From: an uncultured delta proteobacterium | Lineage (GTDB): Bacteria; Desulfobacterota; Desulfomonilia; Desulfomonilales; Desulfomonilaceae | Direction: 5' to 3' | DNA length: 64,000 bases | Assembly (NCBI GenBank): GCA_963789265.1 | Contig: CAWBKB010000001.1 | Location: 1,536,001-1,600,000, forward strand | Shown: piece by piece, positions 41,951 to 52,404 of the stretch | Layout of the letters: each line of letters starts with the position of its first letter | Position numbering within the stretch: the first letter of the stretch is position 1 | Notes under the pieces: model-generated | Told to the model about the DNA's origin: nothing | The model's database searches: none | What the model saw: only the letters and a program-made list of their open reading frames with translations | Translations under genes and position numbers: made by a program

Positions 41951-43216
41951 GTGAAAATACTGGTTATAAACGGCGGCAGCTCATCTCTGAAATACACGCT
42001 TTTTGACATGATTGACGAGAGCGTCCTTTTCGAAGGAATAGTCGACAGGGTAGGGCTTCCAGGCAGCAGCCATTCCTTCAGTTGGGGAGACAAGAGCAAG
42101 CCGGAGACAGTTAAAGAGGTCCCGATCGGCGATCAGGGTCAGGCGCTGGATGAAATGCTCGCGACCCTCGCCCCCGGTCCCTTGAATTCCCTTGAGGAGC
42201 TTGCCGCGGTAGCTCATCGCGTGGGGCACGGCGGAAAATATCGAGATGCGGTGAGAATCGACCCGCACGTGATCTCCGAGATCAGGCGCATGACACCCAT
42301 GATCCCGATTCACCACCCCGCCATGATCAAAGAAATAGAAGAATGCCGGGCTCGCATGCCTCATGCGGTGCATGTTGCGGTGTTCGACTCCTGGTTTCAC
42401 TGGTCGATCCCTGATGAAGCCGCAATCTATGGTTTGCCCTACCGGTATTTCGCGGAGAAAGGGTACCGCCGAACAGGATTTCACGGGAATTCGCACGCGT
42501 ACAATTCGGAAAAGGGCGCGGAATTTGTGGGCCGGCTGTTGGAAGAACTCAAGATCATATCTTGCCATTTGGGTAACGGCGCGAGCGTCTGTGCGATTGA
42601 GCGCGGCAGATCCATAGATACTACTCTCGGGATGACCTCTGTAGAGGGGCTCATCATGGGCACGCGATCCGGTGACGTAGATCCGGGGCTCATACCTGTG
42701 ATCATGAAAGAGGATTCTCTAACTCCGGATCAAATGGTCAGGATGCTATACACCGAGTCCGGGCTGCTTGGGATCAGCGGCATAAGCCGTGACATGCGTG
42801 AAATCGAGCAGGCGGCCGCGGGGAACCCCAGGGCCGCGCTCGCGGTGAATGCTTTCTGCTATAAGGTGAAACGTGCCATAGGTGCGATGCTTATGGTCCT
42901 CGGCGGGTGTGATGTATTGATCTTCGCGGGCGGAATCGGCGTTAACAGCCCCACGGTCAGATCGAAGGCGCTCGCGGGAACAGCCGGTCTCGGCTTTGTG
43001 ATAGACCAGGAGAAGAACAGCGGTCCGGAAAGAGCCACCGAAGAGCATCCAGTTGTGGAGATCTCCGCTGCATCTTCTAAGGTGCGCATCCTTGTGATCC
43101 GAACCTTCGAAGAGCTTATAATGGCTCGCCAGTGTATGAAGGTGGTGCGAGGGGAGGGAAGTGCTGCTATAGGAACTGCCCCCACAGCCCATGAGGAGCA
43201 ACGCCAGCCGAAATGA
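41951..43216 (+). CDS. ackA: Acetate/propionate kinase
   Basis: ILVINGGSSSLK, HRVGHGG, GFHGNSH, HLGNGAS, MGTRSGD. Confidence 0.92.
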   Translation: MKILVINGGSSSLKYTLFDMIDESVLFEGIVDRVGLPGSSHSFSWGDKSKPETVKEVPIGDQGQALDEMLATLAPGPLNSLEELAAVAHRVGHGGKYRDAVRIDPHVISEIRRMTPMIPIHHPAMIKEIEECRARMPHAVHVAVFDSWFHWSIPDEAAIYGLPYRYFAEKGYRRTGFHGNSHAYNSEKGAEFVGRLLEELKIISCHLGNGASVCAIERGRSIDTTLGMTSVEGLIMGTRSGDVDPGLIPVIMKEDSLTPDQMVRMLYTESGLLGISGISRDMREIEQAAAGNPRAALAVNAFCYKVKRAIGAMLMVLGGCDVLIFAGGIGVNSPTVRSKALAGTAGLGFVIDQEKNSGPERATEEHPVVEISAASSKVRILVIRTFEELIMARQCMKVVRGEGSAAIGTAPTAHEEQRQPK

Positions 43217-43665
43217 TGAAAGCGAAATACAAACACACAAACATCATCGCGCGCGATTGGAACGCACTCGCAGCCTTCTATGAAAAGGTCTTCGGATGCG
43301 TTCGTGTTCCGCCGGAACGCCGCTTGTCCGGTGAATGGTTGGAAAAAGGGACAGGAGTTCCCGCCGCGCGATTCTCGGGTGTGCATCTGCGCTTGCCGGG
43401 TCATGGCAGCAGTGGACCGACCCTGGAGATATACCAGTACTCGGAAAATACGCCCAAGCCGCGGCCGATGGCAAACCGCGAAGGCTTCTCGCACATCGCG
43501 TTCGAAGTCGAAAATGTTGCCGATGCTACGGCGCAAGTCTTGAAACACGGCGGAAGAAAGATCGGTGACGTAACAAGCGCCAGTGTCGAAGGAGTCGGAA
43601 TCCTCACATTCGTCTATCTTGCCGATCCCGAAGGAAATATCATTGAACTTCAGGCATGGGGATGA
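43213..43665 (+). CDS. VOC/glyoxalase family protein
   Basis: HTNIIARD..FY, HIAFEV, DPEGNIIELQ. Confidence 0.88.
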   Translation: MMKAKYKHTNIIARDWNALAAFYEKVFGCVRVPPERRLSGEWLEKGTGVPAARFSGVHLRLPGHGSSGPTLEIYQYSENTPKPRPMANREGFSHIAFEVENVADATAQVLKHGGRKIGDVTSASVEGVGILTFVYLADPEGNIIELQAWG

Positions 43666-44055
43666 ATCGTCGAACCGCCGAGGGCAGGTGGCGCGGTCAC
43701 TTGCGCACACGAATCCGTGCGTTCATCACGGGAGGGGATCGAGCCTAGGAGCAAGTGCGGAAAACAGCCCCTAGCGGTAATATGCCTGTTTGTCGCCAGC
43801 TTCCTCGTCCGGCTGTACTTTCGTGAACCCAGATCCCTCTGCGATAGATGCTGACTTACTCTTAGCCAGGCCGGCACCAAATGCGATGAACCTGCTGTCG
43901 CGGCGGTCCCAAGATTTGCTCCTTGCGGCAAGCCATTAGAAACAAAGGTAATTTAGCATTTGCGGAGTGCTTCAGACGAAGCGTTGCCTGATCTGCGAAT
44001 ATTCCTCTTGACATATATCGTCGCGAGATATATCGTAGTGCCCAAAGGAGCCCCC

Positions 44056-44592
44056 ATGAACGTCCAGTCCATTCTCCTCGGATTCCTCATGAAATACAGC
44101 ATGACCGGCTATGACCTGAAGAAGACATTCTCGATCTCGTTCTCCTTTTTCTCCGGCCTAAGTTACGGCTCCATTTACCCCGCTCTGAAGAAGATGGAGG
44201 ATCAGGGGTTAATTTCCAAACAGATGGAGATCCAGGATGGCGCACCAAATCGTAAGGTCTATACTATTACCGATGCGGGAAGGAAGGCGTTTCTGGAGGC
44301 CCTGAAATTAGCATTCGTCCCCGAAAAACCGAAGAATTCTTTTGCAATGAAGCTCTTCTTCTTTGACTACCTCTCTCCTGCTGAACGAAAGGTCATTGCG
44401 TCCGAGTATCTCAATTCCATAACGCGTTCCTGCGAGCAGTTGGAGTTCGCCCGCCCGCAGATTGAGGCAAAAGCGGACCGATTCCAGTACCTGTGCTTTC
44501 AGTTCGGCGTGCGCTTTTTTCAGGACCTGGCTCGCAATCTCTCCGAGGTGATTGGCGCCCTGGACGACGGGGAGAAAATCAATGAGCGATGA
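44056..44592 (+). CDS. PadR-family transcriptional regulator
   Basis: MTGYDL, GSIYPALKKM, RKVYTITDAG. Confidence 0.92.
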   Translation: MNVQSILLGFLMKYSMTGYDLKKTFSISFSFFSGLSYGSIYPALKKMEDQGLISKQMEIQDGAPNRKVYTITDAGRKAFLEALKLAFVPEKPKNSFAMKLFFFDYLSPAERKVIASEYLNSITRSCEQLEFARPQIEAKADRFQYLCFQFGVRFFQDLARNLSEVIGALDDGEKINER

Positions 44593-46459
44593 ACACATTT
44601 CAGAGAAGGATCGGATGCGGAAACCTACCAGAGCCCAACAGATCTTTTTGTACATGGGCGCTTTTCCCGCTCTCGTGTTCTTCCAGGTCTGGGCTTCCTC
44701 CGGAAGAGGCACTGGTGGATTGTTCACCGTCGCGTGCGCCATGCTTATCTATTGCGTCTTTGTCGTGGCGGTGGCGCGGCGATGGGACAAACCGAGCTAC
44801 TTCGACTGGGCGATTTGCAGCTATTTCTTTGTGCTTGCAATTTGCCTGGCCCTCTGGCCGAAAGCAGTGGGGTCTATAGCTACCGAATACGCGGTAACAG
44901 GCATCTACATCTGTCTATTCGCTGCCGCGTTCGTTCCCCCAATCCTTGGATTCGAGCCCTTCACCTACCACTACGCCAAGAAATCCACCCCGCCGGAGCT
45001 GTGGGCCAATCCCGTTTTCATAACCATCAATCGAATCATGACCTTTGCCTGGGCCGGGATCTTCGCAATTTGCACGTTATTGAGCCTTTATCCGTCATTC
45101 ACAACACAAGCGTTAATCCCCATAGCCCTCAACCTCGTAATCGGCGTACCGTTCAATATCCGTTTTCCGGACTATTACCTCAAGCGGCTCGGCTTGCCCT
45201 CACGGGCTGAAATGCAAAAATCACGGCTTTCCGGTACACGTGAGATTGCCTCTACGGTGGATAGCAGCACAATCCCGCGGTCAGCCGTTACGTCCCTTGA
45301 ACCGATTCGTTCGAATTTCTCTCCGGAGTCGCACCCGGGGGAACTAAAACCGGCTGTTCGGCCACAACCGCAAAAGGAGGGCATTATGAAAGTCATAGCC
45401 ATTAATTCCAGTCCAAGAAGCGAAGGAACCAGCAAGACCAGGATGCTGCTTGACCCGCTCGTTAAAGGGATGCGAGACGCGGGAGCAGAAGTTGAGATTA
45501 TTCATCTGCGTGACAAGAAGATCAAGAATTGCATTGGCTGCTACACTTGCTGGACCAAGACTCCGGGGGTGTGCGTCCAGCAGGACGACATGACCAACGA
45601 ATTGTTTCCGAAGTGGCTGGCGGCCGACCTGGCTATTTACGCCACACCTTTGTACCATTTTACGGTTAACGCGGCTATGAAGACTGTCATCGAGCGGACT
45701 CTCCCCATTGTTCAGCCTTTTTTTGAACGACATGAATCGTGGACATCCCACCCGTTGCGTCAACCCTTTCCCAAGACCGTATTTTTGTCTGTCGCCGGCT
45801 TCCCGGAAGCATCCGTCTTTGCTCAGCTCACTTCGTACGTGAAGTTTCTGTTCCGTGATAGACTTGTGGCCGAGATTTACCGACCGGCGGCGGAAATGGT
45901 GATGACGTTGCCGCAAATGGCTGACGTGAAGAAGGATGTTCTTGAAGCAACAGAGCAGGGCGGCCGGGAATTGGTTCAGTCCATGAAGATATCCCCGGAG
46001 ACGATGGAGCGGATCACTCAGCCCGTCAATGTTGATTTCGACACTGTAGCCAAGATGGCCAATGCGTTTTGGAAGACCTGCATCGCGGAGAAGTTGACGC
46101 CTGCCGAGTTTCAAAAAAGGAATCTAACCCCACGCCCTGATTCTCTCGACACTTTCATGATAATCATGCCGATGGCGTTTAACCCTGATGCTGCGGGTGA
46201 CATGAAGGCTATCCTTCAGTTCAATTTTTCTGGAGAAGTAACCGGCTCGTGCTATTTCAAAATAGAAAAGGGCAAGCTCGAAGCGAAAGAGGGACATTCA
46301 GAAAAACCGGACTTGACCGTTGATTCGCCGTTTGAAGTTTGGATGGACATCATAACCGGGAAAGCCGACGGCCAACAGATGTTCATGCAGCAAAAATACA
46401 AGACTTCCGGTGACCTGTCTCTATTGATGCGTCTGAAAGATCTCTTCAGCAACCGGTAA
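44582..46459 (+). CDS. Membrane domain + flavodoxin-like/FMN reductase + SCP2 fusion protein
   Basis: N-terminal TMs; INSSPR, CIGCYTCW..C, ATPLY; C-terminal SCP2-like (LQFNFSG..FMQQKYK.SGD). Confidence 0.8.
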   Translation: MSDEHISEKDRMRKPTRAQQIFLYMGAFPALVFFQVWASSGRGTGGLFTVACAMLIYCVFVVAVARRWDKPSYFDWAICSYFFVLAICLALWPKAVGSIATEYAVTGIYICLFAAAFVPPILGFEPFTYHYAKKSTPPELWANPVFITINRIMTFAWAGIFAICTLLSLYPSFTTQALIPIALNLVIGVPFNIRFPDYYLKRLGLPSRAEMQKSRLSGTREIASTVDSSTIPRSAVTSLEPIRSNFSPESHPGELKPAVRPQPQKEGIMKVIAINSSPRSEGTSKTRMLLDPLVKGMRDAGAEVEIIHLRDKKIKNCIGCYTCWTKTPGVCVQQDDMTNELFPKWLAADLAIYATPLYHFTVNAAMKTVIERTLPIVQPFFERHESWTSHPLRQPFPKTVFLSVAGFPEASVFAQLTSYVKFLFRDRLVAEIYRPAAEMVMTLPQMADVKKDVLEATEQGGRELVQSMKISPETMERITQPVNVDFDTVAKMANAFWKTCIAEKLTPAEFQKRNLTPRPDSLDTFMIIMPMAFNPDAAGDMKAILQFNFSGEVTGSCYFKIEKGKLEAKEGHSEKPDLTVDSPFEVWMDIITGKADGQQMFMQQKYKTSGDLSLLMRLKDLFSNR

Positions 46460-46896
46460 AGGTAAAGTTGAACACTTTTTGCCGATCAGTTCCGCCGTGC
46501 GCTGAGAATCCACGGCGGAACAGTTCGATCGTGAGCATTCACTAACGTGGAGAACCGGCATTGCGAGTCCCGCGGGAACGCGGAAAAGCAATCTTTTCCC
46601 CTGATAGCTTAGATTGCCGTGGGGCGGACTTTCCAGTCCGCCGAATCTAAGACTATAAACCGCAGACTGGAAAGTCTGCGCCACGAGCTAGATAGAAAGA
46701 AATGTAATCTGATCCGTTGGGCGGGGACGGGCATCTGAGACTGTCTCAAAATCAAACCATGAACGAAATTCGTAGCACGATGCTCCCTTTTCCCGGCAAT
46801 CCCGCGTTCCGCGCGGGACCGGGCTACTATCTGCGGTCCCTCAGGGACGCTTGCATTTAGCCCCATCGGGGCGATAGAAAGTAGCCCGGCGCTTCA

Positions 46897-48572
46897 GAAA
46901 CTGTCTCAAAAGTCGATTTTGGGCTCGCGATTCTCAACCGATTCTACTAATGAGATGTGAAAAGAGAATCGGAGAGGGAAAGGATTATGCCGCAAATCAG
47001 AGCCGACTACAAGCAGGTGTTTCTGCTTCCGCCCGCTATAGATGACTGGATAGGGCCTGATCATCCAGCGCGCTTCATAGGAGACTTTGTGGATTCCTTG
47101 GATTTGGAGGTGCTGGGTTTTCGAGTTCCGAATGGCGAAACGGGCCGTCCTCCCTATAGTACCGATCTTTTGTTGAAGGCATGGCTCTACGGCTATTTCA
47201 GCAGAATCAGGTCATCGCGCAAGCTTGAGAAGGCATGCATGGAGAACATGGGATTGATTTGGCTGACGGGTATGAATGCAGCGGATCATAATACCCTGTG
47301 GCGATTCTGGAGGGACAACAAGAAGGTTTTCAAGGGAATATTCAAACAATCGGTTCAAGTGGCAGTCAAAGCCGAGTTGATAGGTATGGCGGTTCATGCA
47401 TTGGATGGAACCAAGATCCCTGTCGGATCATCTCGGGAGAAGTTCAAGAACCAAGATCAGTTGGAGCGGATGCTTGAGAATTTGGACAAGTGCGTTGCCG
47501 ACGTCATGACGGAGACAGAGAGGTGCGAGCAAGAGGAGGGTGGCGAATGGCGTCTTCCCGAAGCCCTGCAGGACGAGTTGAAACGCAAGGAGCGGATACA
47601 GAAGGCCTTGCAGGAATTGGATAAGACTGACAAGAAGGTCGTCCATCCCTGCGAGCCGGATGCCCGGTACATGAAGAACCGGCGGTCTACTGAGCCCTCT
47701 TACAATGCTCAAGCGGTGGCAGACCAACAAAGCGGCATGATTGTGGCTGAGGAAGTGGTCGACGAAGGCAATGACAATGGGCAGCTTGTTCCCATGCTGG
47801 ATCGAGTTCAGGAAAATTTGGGCGCAACCGCAGAGGAAACCGTGGCGGACGCAGGATACTTCGCATCGGCTCAAATCGCGTTGGCCGAAGAGAAGGAGTA
47901 CGAGGTCTTGGTCGCCAAGTCGTCGGGAGAGTCCGCTGCGGAAAAAGGCGCTCAATGGGACCCTTATCACGCTTCCCAGTTCGTCTACGACCAAGAGCGA
48001 GACGTCTGTATTTGTCCGCAAGGCGCATCGCTGAACTTTCTTCAGAAGAAAGTCACAGGAAAAAACGGAAACGAGATCCGGCGGTATCGATGCCGGGACT
48101 ACTTGACGTGTCCTGAACGGTGGAAGTGCAGCAAGAGCAAGAATGGCCGTCTCATAGACATTAACATCTATCGTGACGCAGTTGAGCGCCACCGCAAGAA
48201 ACGGGAGGTCCCGGAAAGCAAGACGCTACTCCGAGCCCGCAAGGTGATCATTGAGCCGGTCTTTGCATGGATAAAGAGCCACTTGGACTTTAGACGGTGG
48301 ACCGTGTCCGGATTATCCAATGCGAGGGCTCAATGGTCTTTGATGTGCGCCACCTTGAATCTCAAGAAGCTCTACAGCCATTGGCTGACGGGGCGTCTGG
48401 TGCTAACCGCGGCCTAAGACATCAGGACGGAGAGTGACTCATGGCTGCCTGAGGCATACTCATAGCCGGCCCCGGCTCGTCGGAGACAAGGGAGGCCAAG
48501 GTGCGAGATTAACCGCACCCTACCACCCCGAGAGTCGTCATCGTGCCACTACAACCGTTTTGAGACACTCTC
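46897..48572 (+). mobile_element. IS1182-family insertion sequence
   Basis: IRs GAAACTGTCTCAAAA/TTTTGAGACACTCTC; 4-bp direct repeat TTCA. Confidence 0.92.
46987..48417 (+). CDS. IS1182-family transposase
   Basis: GRPPY..LLK..YGY..SSRKLE, LDGTKI, YNAQ, ADAGY, EPVF..IK. Confidence 0.93.
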   Translation: MPQIRADYKQVFLLPPAIDDWIGPDHPARFIGDFVDSLDLEVLGFRVPNGETGRPPYSTDLLLKAWLYGYFSRIRSSRKLEKACMENMGLIWLTGMNAADHNTLWRFWRDNKKVFKGIFKQSVQVAVKAELIGMAVHALDGTKIPVGSSREKFKNQDQLERMLENLDKCVADVMTETERCEQEEGGEWRLPEALQDELKRKERIQKALQELDKTDKKVVHPCEPDARYMKNRRSTEPSYNAQAVADQQSGMIVAEEVVDEGNDNGQLVPMLDRVQENLGATAEETVADAGYFASAQIALAEEKEYEVLVAKSSGESAAEKGAQWDPYHASQFVYDQERDVCICPQGASLNFLQKKVTGKNGNEIRRYRCRDYLTCPERWKCSKSKNGRLIDINIYRDAVERHRKKREVPESKTLLRARKVIIEPVFAWIKSHLDFRRWTVSGLSNARAQWSLMCATLNLKKLYSHWLTGRLVLTAA

Positions 48573-48825
48573 TTCAGCGCCGGGCTTGACATCGTGGCGC
48601 GATTCTGAGCATCAAGATCGTTTTGAGACAGTTTCATCTTGCCGGACTATGAGCGACAGGCTGGACTGTCCCACTACATGCTCACTGCAATGAAAAGGGT
48701 GAGAAGATTCCCCAGGTAGGTGAATGCATGCTGCTGTACCCGCTCCCAAAGTGAAGAAATAGCGAATCTTGATGCAACAAACTTTAGCAGGGGGGAGCAC
48801 GTCGCTCCGCGTAAGGAGATGGCTA

Positions 48826-49827
48826 ATGAATAAAGTGATTCTGTTCGCGTTTCTCTTTGTTCTGGTATCGGCGGCGATTTATTTTGGAATTGCCGCAGCG
48901 CTCATTATGTGTGGCGCACCTCAAAAGCAATCGTCCGATCAGGGTGGTCTTGCTTACAAAGAAATGTTTCTTGATTACTCAAGAATACCTCCGTTGAAAA
49001 CTTTTGTCGCGAGAGATGGACAACTGCTGGAGTATCGTTACTATGGGGCTCAATCAGACAAGGTGCTTATTCTGTTACATGGTGCCTGTTGGCACAGCCA
49101 GTATTTTCTGCCGTTGGCAGAGTTCATCAGCTCTGAAGGCTTGGCGAAAGTCTATACTCCGGATTTACGCGGGCACGGGAGGGCGCCGAAAAGACGAGGC
49201 GATGTAGACTATATCGGCCAGTTGGAAGACGATCTGGCAGCCCTCATTTCCATGATTCGAAAGGATAATCCGCATGCAATGCTAATCGTGGGCGGCCACT
49301 CTTCGGGAGGCGGGCTGGCGATACGTTTTGCGGGAAGCCGGTACGGGAAGCAGGCGGATGCCTACTTATTATTGTCGCCGTACCTTCGATATGACGCGCC
49401 TACGGCTCGCCCGAAGCCTGTAAACTTTGCCCATCCCTACATCAAACGCATTATTGGGTTGACCATGTTAAATAACGTCGGCATTCGCTGGTTCAATTAT
49501 TTGACTACCGTCGATTTCGACATGCCGAAAGAGGCCCGAAACGGGACCGAAACCTTGTCGTACTCTTATCGACTCAACACGTCGTACGCACCCCGCGATT
49601 ACAAAAGAGATCTCGGGGCGATACACCAACCTTTGTTGGTAGTCGCCGGCACATCGGATGAACTCTTTTTGGCAGAGCGATATGAACCGGTAATTTCGCA
49701 AGAGACCAAAGTAAAGGTCAAATTATTGAAGGGCGTGACACACTTGGGCGTCGTCGTTAATCCTGGAACTCAGACGGCCATCAAGGAATGGCTGGGCGCT
49801 CTTGGCAGCCCGACTACCATGCGGTAA
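48826..49827 (+). CDS. Alpha/beta hydrolase
   Basis: LLHG, DLRGHG, GHSSGG nucleophile elbow. Confidence 0.9.
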   Translation: MNKVILFAFLFVLVSAAIYFGIAAALIMCGAPQKQSSDQGGLAYKEMFLDYSRIPPLKTFVARDGQLLEYRYYGAQSDKVLILLHGACWHSQYFLPLAEFISSEGLAKVYTPDLRGHGRAPKRRGDVDYIGQLEDDLAALISMIRKDNPHAMLIVGGHSSGGGLAIRFAGSRYGKQADAYLLLSPYLRYDAPTARPKPVNFAHPYIKRIIGLTMLNNVGIRWFNYLTTVDFDMPKEARNGTETLSYSYRLNTSYAPRDYKRDLGAIHQPLLVVAGTSDELFLAERYEPVISQETKVKVKLLKGVTHLGVVVNPGTQTAIKEWLGALGSPTTMR

Positions 49828-49971
49828 GCGAACCGGACTGCCTTGCTCACGAATGAACTGCAAATGATGCGGTTTCCCCGACGTCCTGCGGGGTCACCGC
49901 ATCCAAGGGGAACTCAAGTTCGTCGCTTGTACGCCGGCGGTTGATTATAGAGAAATCCAGAAAAACCGAGT

Positions 49972-50757
49972 TCAGTCCTCCTGCACGATAGCCACAGGAC
50001 GAACCCAGCCCGCACTGGCACCCTTGATCTTCACAGGAAAGCAACAGACCGTGAAACCTTTTGAAACCCCGATGGCTGAAAGATTTGACATCTTTTCCAT
50101 GTGGCAGTACCCGATTTCAATCCCGGCAAAATGAGCTTCCCAGATAACTTTAGGATCACCGTTTTGTTGAAATTCTTGGGCCTGAAAGGGTAGGGGACGG
50201 TCCCAACTCCACGCGTCGATCCCCACAACCCTGACCCCGCGTTCTGTGAGATATAGAGTGCTCTCTCTGCACATCCCCGCACCCTTAAGCAGATATTCCG
50301 CGCTTCCCCATGCGGCATCCGCGCCGGTCTGGATGAGCACTATATCCAATGGTTTGATCTGATATTGAATTCTGTCCAGCTCTCTTTCGAGATCTTTCAC
50401 AGTGATTCGATCTCCGTCCTCTTTGTGGCGAAAATCCAGGACGACGCCGTCCCCGAAACACCATTCCAAAGGAACCTCATCTATGGTCAGCGCTTGTAGT
50501 CCTTTATTCATAGTCGGATGATAATGGTAAGGTGCATCTAAATGTGTGCCACTGTGCGTTGTGAGGGTTACGTACTCGACCGCCCATCCGAGGCCTCCAG
50601 GCAATTGATCCGTGCGGACCCCTGGGAAAAAAGCCTTCATTTGTTCCGCGCCCTGAGAGTGGTCCAGATAGTCGATTTTGGGGATCATCATTGGCGGATC
50701 GCTTGGGATACCTGATTCGATAGCAATGCTGAGGTCGATGATACGCTTACGTTTCAT
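49972..50757 (-). CDS. Cyclase/kynurenine formamidase family protein
   Basis: HSGTHLDAPYH, VGID, HMEK. Confidence 0.9.
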   Translation of the reverse strand: MKRKRIIDLSIAIESGIPSDPPMMIPKIDYLDHSQGAEQMKAFFPGVRTDQLPGGLGWAVEYVTLTTHSGTHLDAPYHYHPTMNKGLQALTIDEVPLEWCFGDGVVLDFRHKEDGDRITVKDLERELDRIQYQIKPLDIVLIQTGADAAWGSAEYLLKGAGMCRESTLYLTERGVRVVGIDAWSWDRPLPFQAQEFQQNGDPKVIWEAHFAGIEIGYCHMEKMSNLSAIGVSKGFTVCCFPVKIKGASAGWVRPVAIVQED

Positions 50758-50777
50758 TGGCAATCTGTTCCTTTTCT

Positions 50778-51872
50778 TCAGCGTCTGAAAAACGCCACGA
50801 AATCTTTCGGATAACTCCGTTTCAAGTATCGGTTAACTGTGCTCTTGTCCTGAAATGGAGCTAGTCTGTCTGTCTTGACGATTTTGCTGCTGCTGTCGGT
50901 GAAATAGAGAATACCTACAGCGTTGCCGGGATTGGCATCTCCGTGGATTGCCCGGACGCACCCGGCGAGGACCAGGGCCTTAGCGAGATCGATTGTGTCG
51001 ATATGATAGCCTACGGCAAAAACCAGGTTGCCGTCGGGCCGTATTCCGAACGCGCTGCGTGTGGCCAAAAACCAAAGGTCCCCTGATGTAAAATTAAGTT
51101 TATATGTCGGTTTCTCTCCGGGAGCACTAGCCGGCACAGCGATCACCGGGCGATCCTCGTCAAGCAGGGAACCGAGCCCGATCTCCGCGGATACAATGTG
51201 ACCCCTTTTCACCCTGGTAGTCACTATCTTGCCGCCTTTTGCTATCAGATGCTGTAGCTGGCGCGCGTCCTGAACTTCCGATACCGGTATCTTGTCGCTC
51301 CATTCAACTACATCGGCCTTCTCATTCTTATAGAAAACTAAGGTTGCAACTCCGGGCGCCATCTTCTTGAGAACTTTACCACGGAAGATTATTCCACCCG
51401 GCCCCGAGTGCCTGGTTGGCCAAAGTGCATTGGTGACGCACACAAGTTGGGATTGAATTGACTTTTCAATGCTGGAAGGGGAATCTCCTTTGTATGGTTC
51501 AGCAGAACCAAGATACATTTTGGCGGAGACATGGTGCATATTGATAACCATCATATAAACTATGGCGGTGGGAAAGCGTACACTCGGGCGATAGAATGTG
51601 CGATAGATGAGAGCGGCTTGATCGTGACCTCCGGACATGTCTTGCTTCACCCAAATGCCTTCACCCCGCATTTTGGGCTCGCTATATAGCGGGACGATGT
51701 TCTTCAAAGCGATCGTTGGAGCGTCAATCGGTGAGAGATTAGCCGACGGCGCGACGTTCCGCGAGAAAGAAGTTTTCGGATCCTTTATTCCGGGGTCTCC
51801 AGCCGCACAAGTGTAACAGACAGAAAAGGAAACAAGGACAATTACCCCCAGCCGGAAAAGATGTCTGATCAC
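50778..51872 (-). CDS. Secreted hypothetical protein (phosphodiester glycosidase-like)
   Basis: Signal peptide; TRSAFGI, AIHGDAN. Confidence 0.55.
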   Translation of the reverse strand: MIRHLFRLGVIVLVSFSVCYTCAAGDPGIKDPKTSFSRNVAPSANLSPIDAPTIALKNIVPLYSEPKMRGEGIWVKQDMSGGHDQAALIYRTFYRPSVRFPTAIVYMMVINMHHVSAKMYLGSAEPYKGDSPSSIEKSIQSQLVCVTNALWPTRHSGPGGIIFRGKVLKKMAPGVATLVFYKNEKADVVEWSDKIPVSEVQDARQLQHLIAKGGKIVTTRVKRGHIVSAEIGLGSLLDEDRPVIAVPASAPGEKPTYKLNFTSGDLWFLATRSAFGIRPDGNLVFAVGYHIDTIDLAKALVLAGCVRAIHGDANPGNAVGILYFTDSSSKIVKTDRLAPFQDKSTVNRYLKRSYPKDFVAFFRR

Positions 51873-51981
51873 CGCAACCTATCCTCCACTAAATGCCCTT
51901 ATGTGCCCGAATCCGGACATATTCGGTTGAATGACCGAATCTTAAGTCATTTTCGAGCATACGCCACCCTGGATACCACGG

Positions 51982-52404
51982 TCAAGAAAGGGGTGGGTCT
52001 CCGATGCAACCGCGCTCCTCGCGCCGAGGCCCAATATTACCCGCGATTTGTTGTTTCGTCTGTTTTTTCTTCCGGGGTATGCACCCTACGGTTGCCCTTT
52101 TTCCGGGAGATCGTGACAGTGTTCCTCGCTCTAACGCGATCTGCCTGGCCAGGTATATCTTTGCCAAGCTCTGGTAAGGGACATCTTTCTTGTTGGCGAA
52201 TATTTTCAGCTCCGCCAGCATATCCGCAGGAAGGCGAATCGAAATCGATTTCAGAGAAGGCTTCAGATTCGGGAACAGAACCCGCCTCGCGCTGCCGGTA
52301 TCAAAGTAGTCCAGTGGAGAATGAGTGGCCCAGAACTCGCGCTCCTCGTCCTCATTCTTGAATTGAGGTATCTCGATGTCCTTTTTCTTGGCTGAACCTT
52401 TCAT
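51982..52404 (-). CDS. BrnA/CopG-type antitoxin
   Basis: IPQFKNEDEEREFW..ISIRLP..DVPYQSL. Confidence 0.8.
   Translation of the reverse strand: MKGSAKKKDIEIPQFKNEDEEREFWATHSPLDYFDTGSARRVLFPNLKPSLKSISIRLPADMLAELKIFANKKDVPYQSLAKIYLARQIALERGTLSRSPGKRATVGCIPRKKKQTKQQIAGNIGPRREERGCIGDPPLS

Larger units (their letters stand above)
46737..48635. mobile_element. MITE family B interrupted by IS1182
   Basis: GAGACTGTCTCAAAA/TTTTGAGACAGTTTC; direct repeat ATCT (46733-36, 48636-39). Confidence 0.8.
46531..48731. mobile_element. Nested composite: family A ends enclosing REPs, MITE B and IS1182
   Basis: GTGAGCATTCAC (46531) / GTGAATGCATGC (48720-31). Confidence 0.6.
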
